64,000 bases of DNA from an uncultured Planctomycetota bacterium (GTDB lineage: Bacteria; Planctomycetota; PLA2; JAEUHO01): assembly GCA_963752285.1 (NCBI GenBank), contig CAVVXN010000005.1, positions 448,001 to 512,000 of the forward strand, given 5' to 3'. Shown here piece after piece: positions 1 through 8,211 of this stretch. Under the pieces are notes generated by a model, which was given only the letters and a program-made list of their open reading frames with translations, was not told the DNA's origin and ran no database searches. The position numbers were made by a program, and so were the translations under genes. How positions within the stretch are numbered: the first letter of the stretch is position 1; the number at the start of each line of letters is the position of its first letter.

Positions 1-212
1 TCGCCGCCGCGCTCGACGGCCACGACGGGGACGCCGGGCGGATAGGCGCCGCCCGCCGGTGTCTTCCGCCCGAGGGTGATCACCGGGTCGTGCTCGCCCG
101 TCAAAAGGAGGTTCGGGCAGAGCCCGTTGGCGCGCGCGTGGACCAGTCGCTCCTGGAGGGCGTGGATCTCTTCGTACGGGGCACGACCCCAGTCGTGGTG
201 GACGCCGGTCAT
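1..212 (-). CDS. lipB: Lipoyl(octanoyl) transferase, N-terminal part (runs off the window start)
   Basis: Hand translation from ATG at 212: MTGVHHDWGRAPYEEIHALQERLVHARANGLCPNLLLTGEHDPVITLGRK...VVAVERGG, with the LipB EH-P-V-TLGR and RGG motifs; not in the ORF track. Confidence 0.85.
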   Translation of the reverse strand, partial: MTGVHHDWGRAPYEEIHALQERLVHARANGLCPNLLLTGEHDPVITLGRKTPAGGAYPPGVPVVAVERGG

Positions 213-274
213 CCCCTGATCCTCGCCCGGACGAGCGGGGAGGACGAGCGGCGCCGAAGGGAGCGCTGCGCGCG

Positions 275-523
275 CTACGCCGGTGCGGACCCCGGGAGGA
301 GCGACTGCGCCTTCTGGAGCTGCTCCACCGCGTGCGCGAGATCGATGGAGCTCCCCGCGTGGTGGATCAGGCCCAGGATCTCCTTCGCCGCGGGCTCCTT
401 GCCGCCGTGGAGCATCCGCTCGGCGGAGCTGCAGTGGACCCGCAGGGAACCGCGCTCTCCCTTCTCCGCCGCGTGGAGGCTCCGCTCGATGGCCTGCTTG
501 ACCTTGCCCCAGTCCACGTTCAT
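275..523 (-). CDS. Small hypothetical helical protein (82 aa)
   Basis: GC-rich third codon positions, GGAGG RBS before the ATG, co-oriented just upstream of lipB; no family recognised. Confidence 0.65.
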   Translation of the reverse strand: MNVDWGKVKQAIERSLHAAEKGERGSLRVHCSSAERMLHGGKEPAAKEILGLIHHAGSSIDLAHAVEQLQKAQSLLPGSAPA

Positions 524-721
524 GTGACCTCCGCCGCCCCGTCTCCGGGACCCCTGTCCGTCCGTGGGAACGAGATCCGCCCCGGGAGCCGGGCCCTACG
601 CACGTCAGGCCCGACCCTTGGCCGACATGATCCGTCCGCCGCGCCCCAGGGTCAACGTCCGTCGGTTCGAAACGCCAACGGAGGCCCGATATCCGGCCGC
701 AGCGGGCTCGGAGCCCGCACC

Positions 722-944
722 GCCCACGGACCTTCGCGAATCACGCGGCCCCTGCGCACGCCAGGACCCCGAGGACCGCGTTGCTCGTCGTCGGCGACCC
801 GCCTCCGGGGTCGGCTCCTCCTCTCCCCTCGTCCGCCGGGCCCAGGCGCACGCGGGACACCCCGCAGGCGGAGGCGTCATCCTTTCGGGATCGCAACTCG
901 GGCTTGCATCGACACTTCCGCCGGACACGTCGCGTGCGACATGG
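722..944 (-). repeat. Dispersed intergenic element, copy 1 (possible structured ncRNA, leader or MITE)
   Basis: Reverse complement aligns with 35802-36039 in two conserved blocks (CGGAAGTnTCGATGCAAGnCCGAGTTGCGAT...ACGCCTCCG and TCGGGGTCCTGGCGTGC...GGGCCGCGTGATT). Confidence 0.8.
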
Positions 945-954
945 TCGATTCGGA

Positions 955-1995
955 CTAGGTGGACACCTCGCGGAAGGCCGCCTCCTCCACCAGGTCCGCG
1001 AGGCGCTCCGGGTCCGTGCGCGCGTTCGCCGCGGGCACGGCGAGGGTTCCCTGCACGTACGCGACGCCCACCTGGTTGTCGGTCGCCGGGCCCGCGATCG
1101 CGTCCACCGGGAGACCGCGGTCGCGGAGCCACCCGAGGCCCCCCCAGGCCGCGACGAGATCGTTCGCGCAGAGCACGTGCGCGCGGATCTCGGCCCGGAA
1201 CGCGGGCATCGTGAGGATCGTCTCGACGCCGTAGCACCCGATGATCCCGTCGCCCATCTCGGCCACGACCACGTCGAGTTCGGCGCCGGCCTCCTTCTCG
1301 ATCGAGCGGAGGAGGTGCATCGCTACGGGGCCGACGTCGTCGAGACCGGCCGTGCTGGGGAGCCCGCAGTCCACGAAGGACAGGGTCGCGATGGCGCCGT
1401 GGTCGGTCATGTTGAGGAGGTCGCGCTGCGCGGCGACGCCGGTGAGCTTGACGCCCGCGCACGCGTACCCGCGCGCCGTGAGCTTGGCCACGATCTCGCA
1501 CGCGGCCTGCGTCTTGCCGCTGCTCATGCAGGTACCCGACACCACGATCACGGGTGGGATCTGGGCCTCGGCGCCCGGATCGGGCAGCGCGGCGTCGGCG
1601 ATGTTCACGCCGCGGCCGTCCTTCGTGACCATGCCCAGGACTTCGACGCGGAGCGGGTGCCCGACGTCCTGGTTCTCTCCGATGGCCTCGCCGAGCACGC
1701 AGCCCAGGTTGAGGAGATGGAGGACGTCGCCGGCCTTGACCCGCTCGGGGACCCGGCCCACGTAGCCGCGGAGTGCGTCGCGCCGGCCGAGCGCGCCGAC
1801 CAGCACGTCGCCCTTTCCGACGTGCGCCATGCGGCCGGTCGTGAGCTCGACCTGGTCGTAGACGCGTTTCTCCTCCAGCGCGCGGACCACGAGCACCTGG
1901 CCGGTCCGGACCTCGACCATGCGTGTGAACTCGACCTCCGGCGGGAGCCGGAGCCGCTGGACGACGCTTCCGATCTTGTGGGGACGGATCTTCAC
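955..1995 (-). CDS. DUF1611-like P-loop protein (346 aa)
   Basis: GTG start overlaps the argG stop (GTGA); motifs VELTTGRMA..GD.LVGALG.R.A, GTCMSSGKT (P-loop-like), KLTG...RD...M.D.GA, SFVDCGLPST, EMGDGIIG. Confidence 0.75.
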   Translation of the reverse strand: MKIRPHKIGSVVQRLRLPPEVEFTRMVEVRTGQVLVVRALEEKRVYDQVELTTGRMAHVGKGDVLVGALGRRDALRGYVGRVPERVKAGDVLHLLNLGCVLGEAIGENQDVGHPLRVEVLGMVTKDGRGVNIADAALPDPGAEAQIPPVIVVSGTCMSSGKTQAACEIVAKLTARGYACAGVKLTGVAAQRDLLNMTDHGAIATLSFVDCGLPSTAGLDDVGPVAMHLLRSIEKEAGAELDVVVAEMGDGIIGCYGVETILTMPAFRAEIRAHVLCANDLVAAWGGLGWLRDRGLPVDAIAGPATDNQVGVAYVQGTLAVPAANARTDPERLADLVEEAAFREVST

Positions 1996-3224
1996 CTTGC
2001 GCCCTCCCGGCCGCCCTTCGCGGCGTCGCCGCGCGCCTCGGCGCGGCGGGCGAGCATGGAACCGAGACCATAGATCCGGGCGAAGCCCGCCGCCTCCGCG
2101 CCGGTCCACGCGCGGGCGCCCTCGCCGTACGTCGCGACCTCCGGGTCCAGCATCGAGTACGGCGAACGGACGCCGACCACCCGGATCGCACCCCGATGGA
2201 GCCGAACGCGGGCGTCGCCCGTGACGCGCGCGTTCACGCTGTCGAGGAACGCCTCGAGGTCGCGCATCACCGGGTCGAAGTAGAGACCCTCGTGGAGGAG
2301 GTTCCCGTAGAACGAGCCGAGCTGATCCCGCCACCACGCCTGCCAGCGGGATTGGACGACCTTCGTGAGCTCCCGGTGCGCCTGGACGAGGATCAGGGGG
2401 CCCGGCGCCTCGAACGCGAGCCGGCCCTTGACGCCGAGGATCGTGTCGCCCGTGTGGATGCCGCGGCCGACCCCGTGGGGCCGGGCGCGGACGTTCAGGG
2501 CGCGGACCAGGTCGGCGCCGGGCCGGCGCGCCCCGTCGAGCGCGACCGGCACGCCGCGTTCGAACGAGACGACGAGCTCCTCGGGCGGCGCGTCGGACGC
2601 GTCGGGGTCGTCGGTCATCCGATACACGTCGGCGGGGGGCTCGCACCACGAGTCGTGGATGTCGCCGCCGCCGATCGTCGTGCCGAAGAGGCCTTCGTTG
2701 ACCGAGTACGAGACCGTGCGTGCCGGGATCTCGACCCCGCGTTCGGCGAGCCAGGCCGACTCCTGGGCCCGCGACCAGTTGAGGTCTCGAATCGGAGCGT
2801 GGATCGTCATGTCCGGCGCGAGCGCCCGGATCGCGACGTCGAAGCGCACCTGGTCGTTGCCGGCTCCGGTCGACCCATGCGCGACCGCGTCGGCGCCGAT
2901 CTCCTTGGCGAACCGGACCACCGCCTCGGCCTGCGCGGTCCGCTCGGCGCCGACGCTCACGGGGTACGTCCCGCCCCGCAGGCAGTCGCCCTTGATCAGG
3001 TACGAGACGAACCGGTCGAAGACGTCGCCGGTGGCCACGATCGTGCGGTGGTCCACGACGCCGAGCCGGCGCGCGTGGGCCTCGATCCGGCGAAGCTCCT
3101 CTTCCGAGAAGCCGCCCGTGTCCACGGTCGCCGTGAAGACCTCGGCGCCGAGCGTCTCCTTCAGCCAGACCGCGAGAAAGGTGGTGTCCAGCCCTCCCGA
3201 GAAGGCGAGCACGATCCGGGGCAT
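1992..3224 (-). CDS. argG: Argininosuccinate synthase
   Basis: LAFSGGLDT PP-loop, AHGSTGAGNDQVRF, YSVNEGL, GVKGR..FEAP motifs; 410 aa. Confidence 0.97.
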   Translation of the reverse strand: MPRIVLAFSGGLDTTFLAVWLKETLGAEVFTATVDTGGFSEEELRRIEAHARRLGVVDHRTIVATGDVFDRFVSYLIKGDCLRGGTYPVSVGAERTAQAEAVVRFAKEIGADAVAHGSTGAGNDQVRFDVAIRALAPDMTIHAPIRDLNWSRAQESAWLAERGVEIPARTVSYSVNEGLFGTTIGGGDIHDSWCEPPADVYRMTDDPDASDAPPEELVVSFERGVPVALDGARRPGADLVRALNVRARPHGVGRGIHTGDTILGVKGRLAFEAPGPLILVQAHRELTKVVQSRWQAWWRDQLGSFYGNLLHEGLYFDPVMRDLEAFLDSVNARVTGDARVRLHRGAIRVVGVRSPYSMLDPEVATYGEGARAWTGAEAAGFARIYGLGSMLARRAEARGDAAKGGREGAR

Positions 3225-3418
3225 CCGACGATCTCCCGGCCCCCCACGAGCCGAACGGCGGATCGTAGGGCGTGCGCACGGGAAGAGGGACCGAAAAGGT
3301 CCGCTCCCTGCGGCGCGCCGCGCGGTCCGCGAGGCGTCGGCGCGGCCTCGGCGGAGCCTCGGCGCGCCGTCCGCGGCTTGCGCCCGCCCGCATCGAGGGG
3401 TAGGTTCTGCCGCTCCTC

Positions 3419-3495
3419 GCGGGCGTAGCTCAATTGGATAGAGCGTCGGACTACGGATCCGAAGGTTGAGGGTTCGACTCCTTCCGCCCGTACCA
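3419..3495 (+). tRNA. tRNA-Arg (anticodon ACG)
   Basis: Acceptor stem GCGGGCG/CGCCCGT, anticodon arm TCGGA-CTACGGA-TCCGA, T-loop GTTCGAC, encoded CCA. Confidence 0.97.
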
Positions 3496-3596
3496 GTCAG
3501 GGAGCCCGGGAGCGGCCGTCGAGCCCTCCCGGGCTCTCCTCGATCCGGCCTCGCGCCGCCGTGCCGACACGCGGGCGGAAGAGGAACGGTCCCCCC

Positions 3597-5585
3597 GTGA
3601 CGAGAGCACGGGCGCTCGGCTGTGTTCTCCTCGCGCTCCTGCTCGGGACGAGCGCCTGGTGGCTCCTCCGCGGTTCCGGCGTTCGACCCGGGCCGAACGG
3701 CGGCGTCCCGTCGGCCCCGTCCGAGGCCCGACCGCCCGAGCTCGTCGGGACCGGCGTCGCGCGTCCCGTCGCACCCGGCTCACCTCCCGCCGCGGAGTCG
3801 AGGCCCGCTCAGGAACCGGCGGGGGAAGCTCGGCGCGAGGCCGCTGACCCCCACCTGCTCGACGGAGAGCTCGTCGGGTTCGTCCCCGCGGGTGAAGCAA
3901 AGGCCCGCATCGTCGTGACGGGGGTCACGGTGGAGTACGAGCCGGTGCCGGCCCACGCGGAGACGACGGCGGGGCCGGACGGACACTTCTCGCTCGACGT
4001 GACGCCGATCTTCGGGGCGGGCACGACGATCGTCGAGCTGCACGTTCGCGCGGACCACCCCGACTACGTGCCGGCCGAGGCGCGCGTCCCCGTGACGAGC
4101 TCCGCGGAGGCACGCGCGCGGCGCTACCACGTCCGCATCCCGCTGGAACGCGCGGGCGTTCTCTCGGGCCGCGTCGAGACGGCGCGGGGCGACCCCGCGA
4201 AGACGACCGTCGCCGCGTTCCGGATGGACGGCGGGAAGCCGACGACGGATGCGGCCTGCGCGGCCGAGTCCGACGCCGAAGGCCGCTATCGCCTTCGCGT
4301 CGGGAAGGCCGCGTCGTACCTGGTCGTGGCCGCGGGGAGCGAGCTCGGCACGCCGGCCCAGGCGCTCGTCGATGCGGCTCCAGGCTCCCACGTGGAGGTA
4401 CCGACGCTCGTTCTGGGGGAGGGGGTCGGCATCCGGGGCGTGGCGCGCGATCTCACCGCCCCCCTCGCGGGCGCGTCGGTCGAGGCCCACCCCGACCGGG
4501 AGGGCGCCGTTCACCTCTCGGTCGGCGGCACGGACATCGACTGGAGGCCGCACCTCCCCGCGATGTCCGGCGCGACGGCGCGCACGGACGTGCGCGGTCG
4601 ATTCGACCTGACGGGTCTCGCGCCCGGCCCCTACCGGCTCCGCGTGGCGCACGCCGCCGGGTTCACGGTCCACGTCGATGCGGCCTTCGACTCGGAGGTC
4701 GTGGTGGAGGCCCCGACGACCGACGCGCGCCTCACCCTCCATGGTTGCCTCGTGACGCTCGCGGTCGTTCGAGACGGGCGCCCGGTCCCGCGCTCCGCGC
4801 TGACGGTGATGGGCACCTCGGGCTGCGTTTCGCTCGTGGCGGATGCGGCGGGCGAGGCGCGGCTCCTGCTTCCGGCGGGAGACGAGATCCAGGTGACGTC
4901 CGCCGACGCGTCGGGCGCCTTCGAGCCCTGGACGTTCACGGCGCCCACGGACCGGCCCGAGACGCGGGAGGTCATCGACCTCTCCACGCATGGCGGGAGG
5001 GCGGCCGTGGTGGTGACCCTCGGCGGTGCGGGTGCGTCGAGCGTCGCAGGGGCCGGCGTCGCGTTCTTCTCTTCGGACACGGATTCGTGGCCCGCAGAGA
5101 CCTACGACCTCCAAGCCGAGGAGGGCCGACTCCGGGTGGAGGGTGCGCCGGCGGGCCGGTTCGTACTGCGTGTGCGGCCTGGAGGACCCTGGTGGGGGGG
5201 GCACGGGCTCTACCGGGAGGAGTCCGTGGAGGTGGAGGTCCCTTCCCACGGCGAGATCGACGTGGGGGTCACCCTCCATCCCGCCGGGCGCCTCCGTGTC
5301 GCGGCGCGGGATCCCGACGGCGACTTCCTCGAGGCCGGGTGCGAGGTCCACGACGCGCGGGGCGAGCGGGTTCCGGTCGTGTTCGTTCAACGGACGCCCG
5401 GCGGCTGGTCGGCGACGGACGGGACGCTCGAGAGCGACGCCATCTCGAGCGTGGACCCGGCCCTCGCCCCCGGCACGTACGAGGTCCGGTTCGCGATGCA
5501 CGGGTACGAGGAGAAGGTCGTGTCGGTGGACGTCGTCGCGGGCGAGAGCCGGGACGTCGAGGTGACGCTCGAGCCCGCGCGCTGA
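3597..5585 (+). CDS. Membrane-anchored protein with repeated carboxypeptidase-regulatory-like beta-sandwich domains
   Basis: N-terminal hydrophobic anchor; repeated G.V....G.P...A.V / TD..G.F.L.GL.PG.Y.L.V motifs; start uncertain (3561 or 3597). Confidence 0.75.
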   Translation: MTRARALGCVLLALLLGTSAWWLLRGSGVRPGPNGGVPSAPSEARPPELVGTGVARPVAPGSPPAAESRPAQEPAGEARREAADPHLLDGELVGFVPAGEAKARIVVTGVTVEYEPVPAHAETTAGPDGHFSLDVTPIFGAGTTIVELHVRADHPDYVPAEARVPVTSSAEARARRYHVRIPLERAGVLSGRVETARGDPAKTTVAAFRMDGGKPTTDAACAAESDAEGRYRLRVGKAASYLVVAAGSELGTPAQALVDAAPGSHVEVPTLVLGEGVGIRGVARDLTAPLAGASVEAHPDREGAVHLSVGGTDIDWRPHLPAMSGATARTDVRGRFDLTGLAPGPYRLRVAHAAGFTVHVDAAFDSEVVVEAPTTDARLTLHGCLVTLAVVRDGRPVPRSALTVMGTSGCVSLVADAAGEARLLLPAGDEIQVTSADASGAFEPWTFTAPTDRPETREVIDLSTHGGRAAVVVTLGGAGASSVAGAGVAFFSSDTDSWPAETYDLQAEEGRLRVEGAPAGRFVLRVRPGGPWWGGHGLYREESVEVEVPSHGEIDVGVTLHPAGRLRVAARDPDGDFLEAGCEVHDARGERVPVVFVQRTPGGWSATDGTLESDAISSVDPALAPGTYEVRFAMHGYEEKVVSVDVVAGESRDVEVTLEPAR

Positions 5586-5639
5586 CGTCCCGAGGCGTCG
5601 CGAGGGCGATCCGGAGGGTCTTGGGGTGGGGTGCCGCGG

Positions 5640-6173
5640 ATGAGCGTTCTCGGCTGCGACTGGTTCGCGCGGCCGTCGTACCGCGTCGCGCCGGAGCTCC
5701 TCGGAAAGGTGCTCGTCGCCCGGTCGCGTCACGGCGAGATCGCGCTGCCGATCACCGAGGTCGAGGCGTACCACGGACCGCGCGACCGCGCGTCGCACGC
5801 CGCGCGCGGCGAGACGCCCCGCAACCGACCGATGTTCGGGCCGGCGGGCGTCTGGTACGTGTACTTCGTCTACGGCATGCACTGGATGCTGAACGTCGTG
5901 TGCGACGCGCCGGGAACGCCCTCGGCGATCCTGATCCGCGGAGCGGGCGACGTGGTGGGGCCCGCGCGCCTCACGAAGCGACTGGGGGTCACGAAACGCT
6001 TCGACGGGCGCCCCGCGACGCCGCGCACCGGCCTCTGGGTCGAGGACCGAGGCCACGTGGTCCCGCGCCGCGCGGTCCGACGAACGCCGCGGATCGGCGT
6101 GGCGTACGCGGGCGAGACGTGGGCCGCGAAGCGGTGGCGCTTCGTCGTGGAGGGCGGGGCGCTCCCCGGGTAG
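5640..6173 (+). CDS. mpg: DNA-3-methyladenine glycosylase (MPG/AAG family)
   Basis: VAPELLGK.L, ITEVEAY.G..D.ASHA, MFGPAG..YVY.VYGMH..LNVV, GPARLT, TPRIGV. Confidence 0.95.
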   Translation: MSVLGCDWFARPSYRVAPELLGKVLVARSRHGEIALPITEVEAYHGPRDRASHAARGETPRNRPMFGPAGVWYVYFVYGMHWMLNVVCDAPGTPSAILIRGAGDVVGPARLTKRLGVTKRFDGRPATPRTGLWVEDRGHVVPRRAVRRTPRIGVAYAGETWAAKRWRFVVEGGALPG

Positions 6174-6463
6174 GGCCGGGTCCCGCGAGCCCCTCGGCCG
6201 TCCCCGCCGGTTTTGTCTGGCGCCGAACGTGCGCCGGCGTTCCGGCAAGCGCTACCGCCGAGCCGGGCTGGCCGGACGTCCTCGCCGGGCCGCGCGGGCG
6301 GCCGCGGCGTGGGGGCCCGGGACGACCGGCGACGCGCGTGCGCCCGCGCGTCGCGTCCGCCGAGCGCGCGAGACCGGTCGGGTCCCGTTGCATTCCGGTC
6401 GGCCACCGGAGAGACTCGCATGTCGAGGTACCGGCACGGGGCCCGCGGGCCCGAGGAGGGATC

Positions 6464-6955
6464 ATGGGGAAACGAACTCTGGGGAACGGGATCGGGACTC
6501 GACGCTCCGCACGCTCGGTGGCGTCGCTCCTCCTCGGTCTCGCCCTGCTCGGCTCGGCGGTCGTCGCGCTCGGCACCACCGGATGCGGGAGACCGGACGA
6601 CGACCGGAAGGGGGGGCGCGTCGAGGCCGTGACCGTCGCGTGGATCGAGTACTACGACTCCAAGTACACGGGCGTGGATCCGACGAAGGACCGCGTCTTC
6701 CACCTGATCGCCAACCTGATGCAGAAGGCGGCGAGTCGCTACCGCCTGGAAGGCGCTCACAACGACGAGGACACGGCGATCGAGCACCTGGCGGACAAGC
6801 TGGTCGCCTGTCTCGACGGGCCCCACCGGGTCAAGCCGATGAAGGACGCGTGGGCCGAGCTCAAGACGGCTTCCGACGCCGTGACGGCCAAGCTCCCGAA
6901 GAGCGCCCAGGAGTGGAACGACGTCGCGGACGGGCTCATGCACGGCCACGACTGA
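6464..6955 (+). CDS. Hypothetical lipoprotein (163 aa)
   Basis: GAGGAGG RBS, ATG at 6464, hydrophobic stretch ending in lipobox-like LGTTGC; host-like codon usage. Confidence 0.7.
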   Translation: MGKRTLGNGIGTRRSARSVASLLLGLALLGSAVVALGTTGCGRPDDDRKGGRVEAVTVAWIEYYDSKYTGVDPTKDRVFHLIANLMQKAASRYRLEGAHNDEDTAIEHLADKLVACLDGPHRVKPMKDAWAELKTASDAVTAKLPKSAQEWNDVADGLMHGHD

Positions 6956-7201
6956 CCGGCGTCGAAATTCGCCGGCCGGGGGGGAGGCTCGGGCCTCGCG
7001 TACGACTTTCGACCCGGAGGACCCGGGTTTGGGGCGCCGTCGTGCGGGAAGCGCGGCGCCCCGCTCGTGCAGCCCCTCGCGCCGAGCGCCGATGTGAGCG
7101 GGGTGTTGGGCACTCCGTCACGAGCCGGTTGGCGACCGACGTTCGAACCCTTGGGAGATGCCGAGAATCGTAGGGTGGTCGCGTCGGAGCCGCCGGAGAT
7201 G

Positions 7202-7549
7202 ATGCACCTCGCGGATCAGCGCTGCGAACCGTGTCGCGGTGCCGTGCCGCCGCTCGCGGACGGCGAGGTCCGTCGGCTCCTCGCCGAGCTCGACGGCTGG
7301 ACGGCGCAGGAAGCGCACCACCTCGAGAAGCGGTGGTCCACCGGCGACTTCGCGCGGGCGCTCGACCTCGTGAACCGTTTCGGCGAGGTCGCCGAGGCGG
7401 AGGGCCACCACCCCCTCCTCGCGTTCACGTGGGGCTGGGTCGAAGCCCGGGTCTGGACCCACCGGATCGACGGGCTCACCCGGAGCGACTTCGTGCTCGC
7501 CGCGAAGCTCGACCGGGTCGCCCGGCGCGCCGAGGCGACGCCGGGCTGA
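7202..7549 (+). CDS. phhB: Pterin-4-alpha-carbinolamine dehydratase
   Basis: LA...C.PC.G..PPL, AE.EGHHP, WTH.I.GLT.SDFVLAAKLD. Confidence 0.92.
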   Translation: MHLADQRCEPCRGAVPPLADGEVRRLLAELDGWTAQEAHHLEKRWSTGDFARALDLVNRFGEVAEAEGHHPLLAFTWGWVEARVWTHRIDGLTRSDFVLAAKLDRVARRAEATPG

Positions 7550-7637
7550 GGCGGTCCGGGAAGGGGGAGGCCGGGGCCTCGAGCCCCCAGGTTCCCCGGG
7601 AATTGGCTTGTCGATCGCCGGGTCAGGAATTATGATC

Positions 7638-7654
7638 TTGAGAACGGTTCTCAA
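7638..7654. promoter_or_regulatory. Fur-box-like palindromic operator upstream of the feo operon
   Basis: Perfect 8-1-8 inverted repeat TTGAGAAC-G-GTTCTCAA in an AT-rich patch about 55 nt before feoA. Confidence 0.7.
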
Positions 7655-7708
7655 TATCGTCCGTGACCCCGCGGGCCCGCCCCGCCCGGTCCGCAGCCCC
7701 GAGAGTCG

Positions 7709-7957
7709 ATGAACCCGCCCCGTTCGAACGTCGTCTCGCCGCTCCGCGCCGCCTCCCTCCCCCGGGGGGCCCGAGGCCTCGTCACCGCCGTGGACGGCTC
7801 CGTGGAGACGGTCGAGCGCCTCGCCGCGCTCGGCCTCGTCCCGGGCGCCGCCTTCCGCGTGCTCCGGGGCGGCTCGCCCCTGGCCCTCGCCGTCGGTGAG
7901 GCCCGGTTCGCCCTGGGCCGCGAGTGGGCCGAGGCCCTGGTGGTCTCCCCGCTGTGA
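7709..7957 (+). CDS. feoA: Ferrous iron transport protein A (copy 1)
   Basis: RLAALGL.PG..F.V.R...P......GE.R.ALG FeoA pattern; first gene of the feo operon. Confidence 0.88.
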   Translation: MNPPRSNVVSPLRAASLPRGARGLVTAVDGSVETVERLAALGLVPGAAFRVLRGGSPLALAVGEARFALGREWAEALVVSPL

Positions 7958-8211
7958 CGGCGCCGCCCGGCGGGGCGGGGCGGACGCTCGCGGACCTCCC
8001 CGTGGGCGGGCACGGGCGGATCCGGTCGATCGACGCGCCCGCGGCGCTCCGCCAACGCCTGCTCGAGATGGGTCTCGTCGAAGGCACGCCGGTCGAGGTG
8101 GTGCGGTTCGCGCCCCTCGGCGACCCGATGGAGATCCGCGTGCGCGGCTACCACCTGAGCCTCCGGCGCGCCGACGCGCGCGGCGTGACCGTCTCGGAGG
8201 ACGACGCGTGA
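7954..8211 (+). CDS. feoA: Ferrous iron transport protein A (copy 2)
   Basis: RQRLLEMGL.EGT.VEVVRFAPLGDPMEIRVRGYHLSLRR; GTGA overlap with copy 1. Confidence 0.93.
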   Translation: MTAPPGGAGRTLADLPVGGHGRIRSIDAPAALRQRLLEMGLVEGTPVEVVRFAPLGDPMEIRVRGYHLSLRRADARGVTVSEDDA

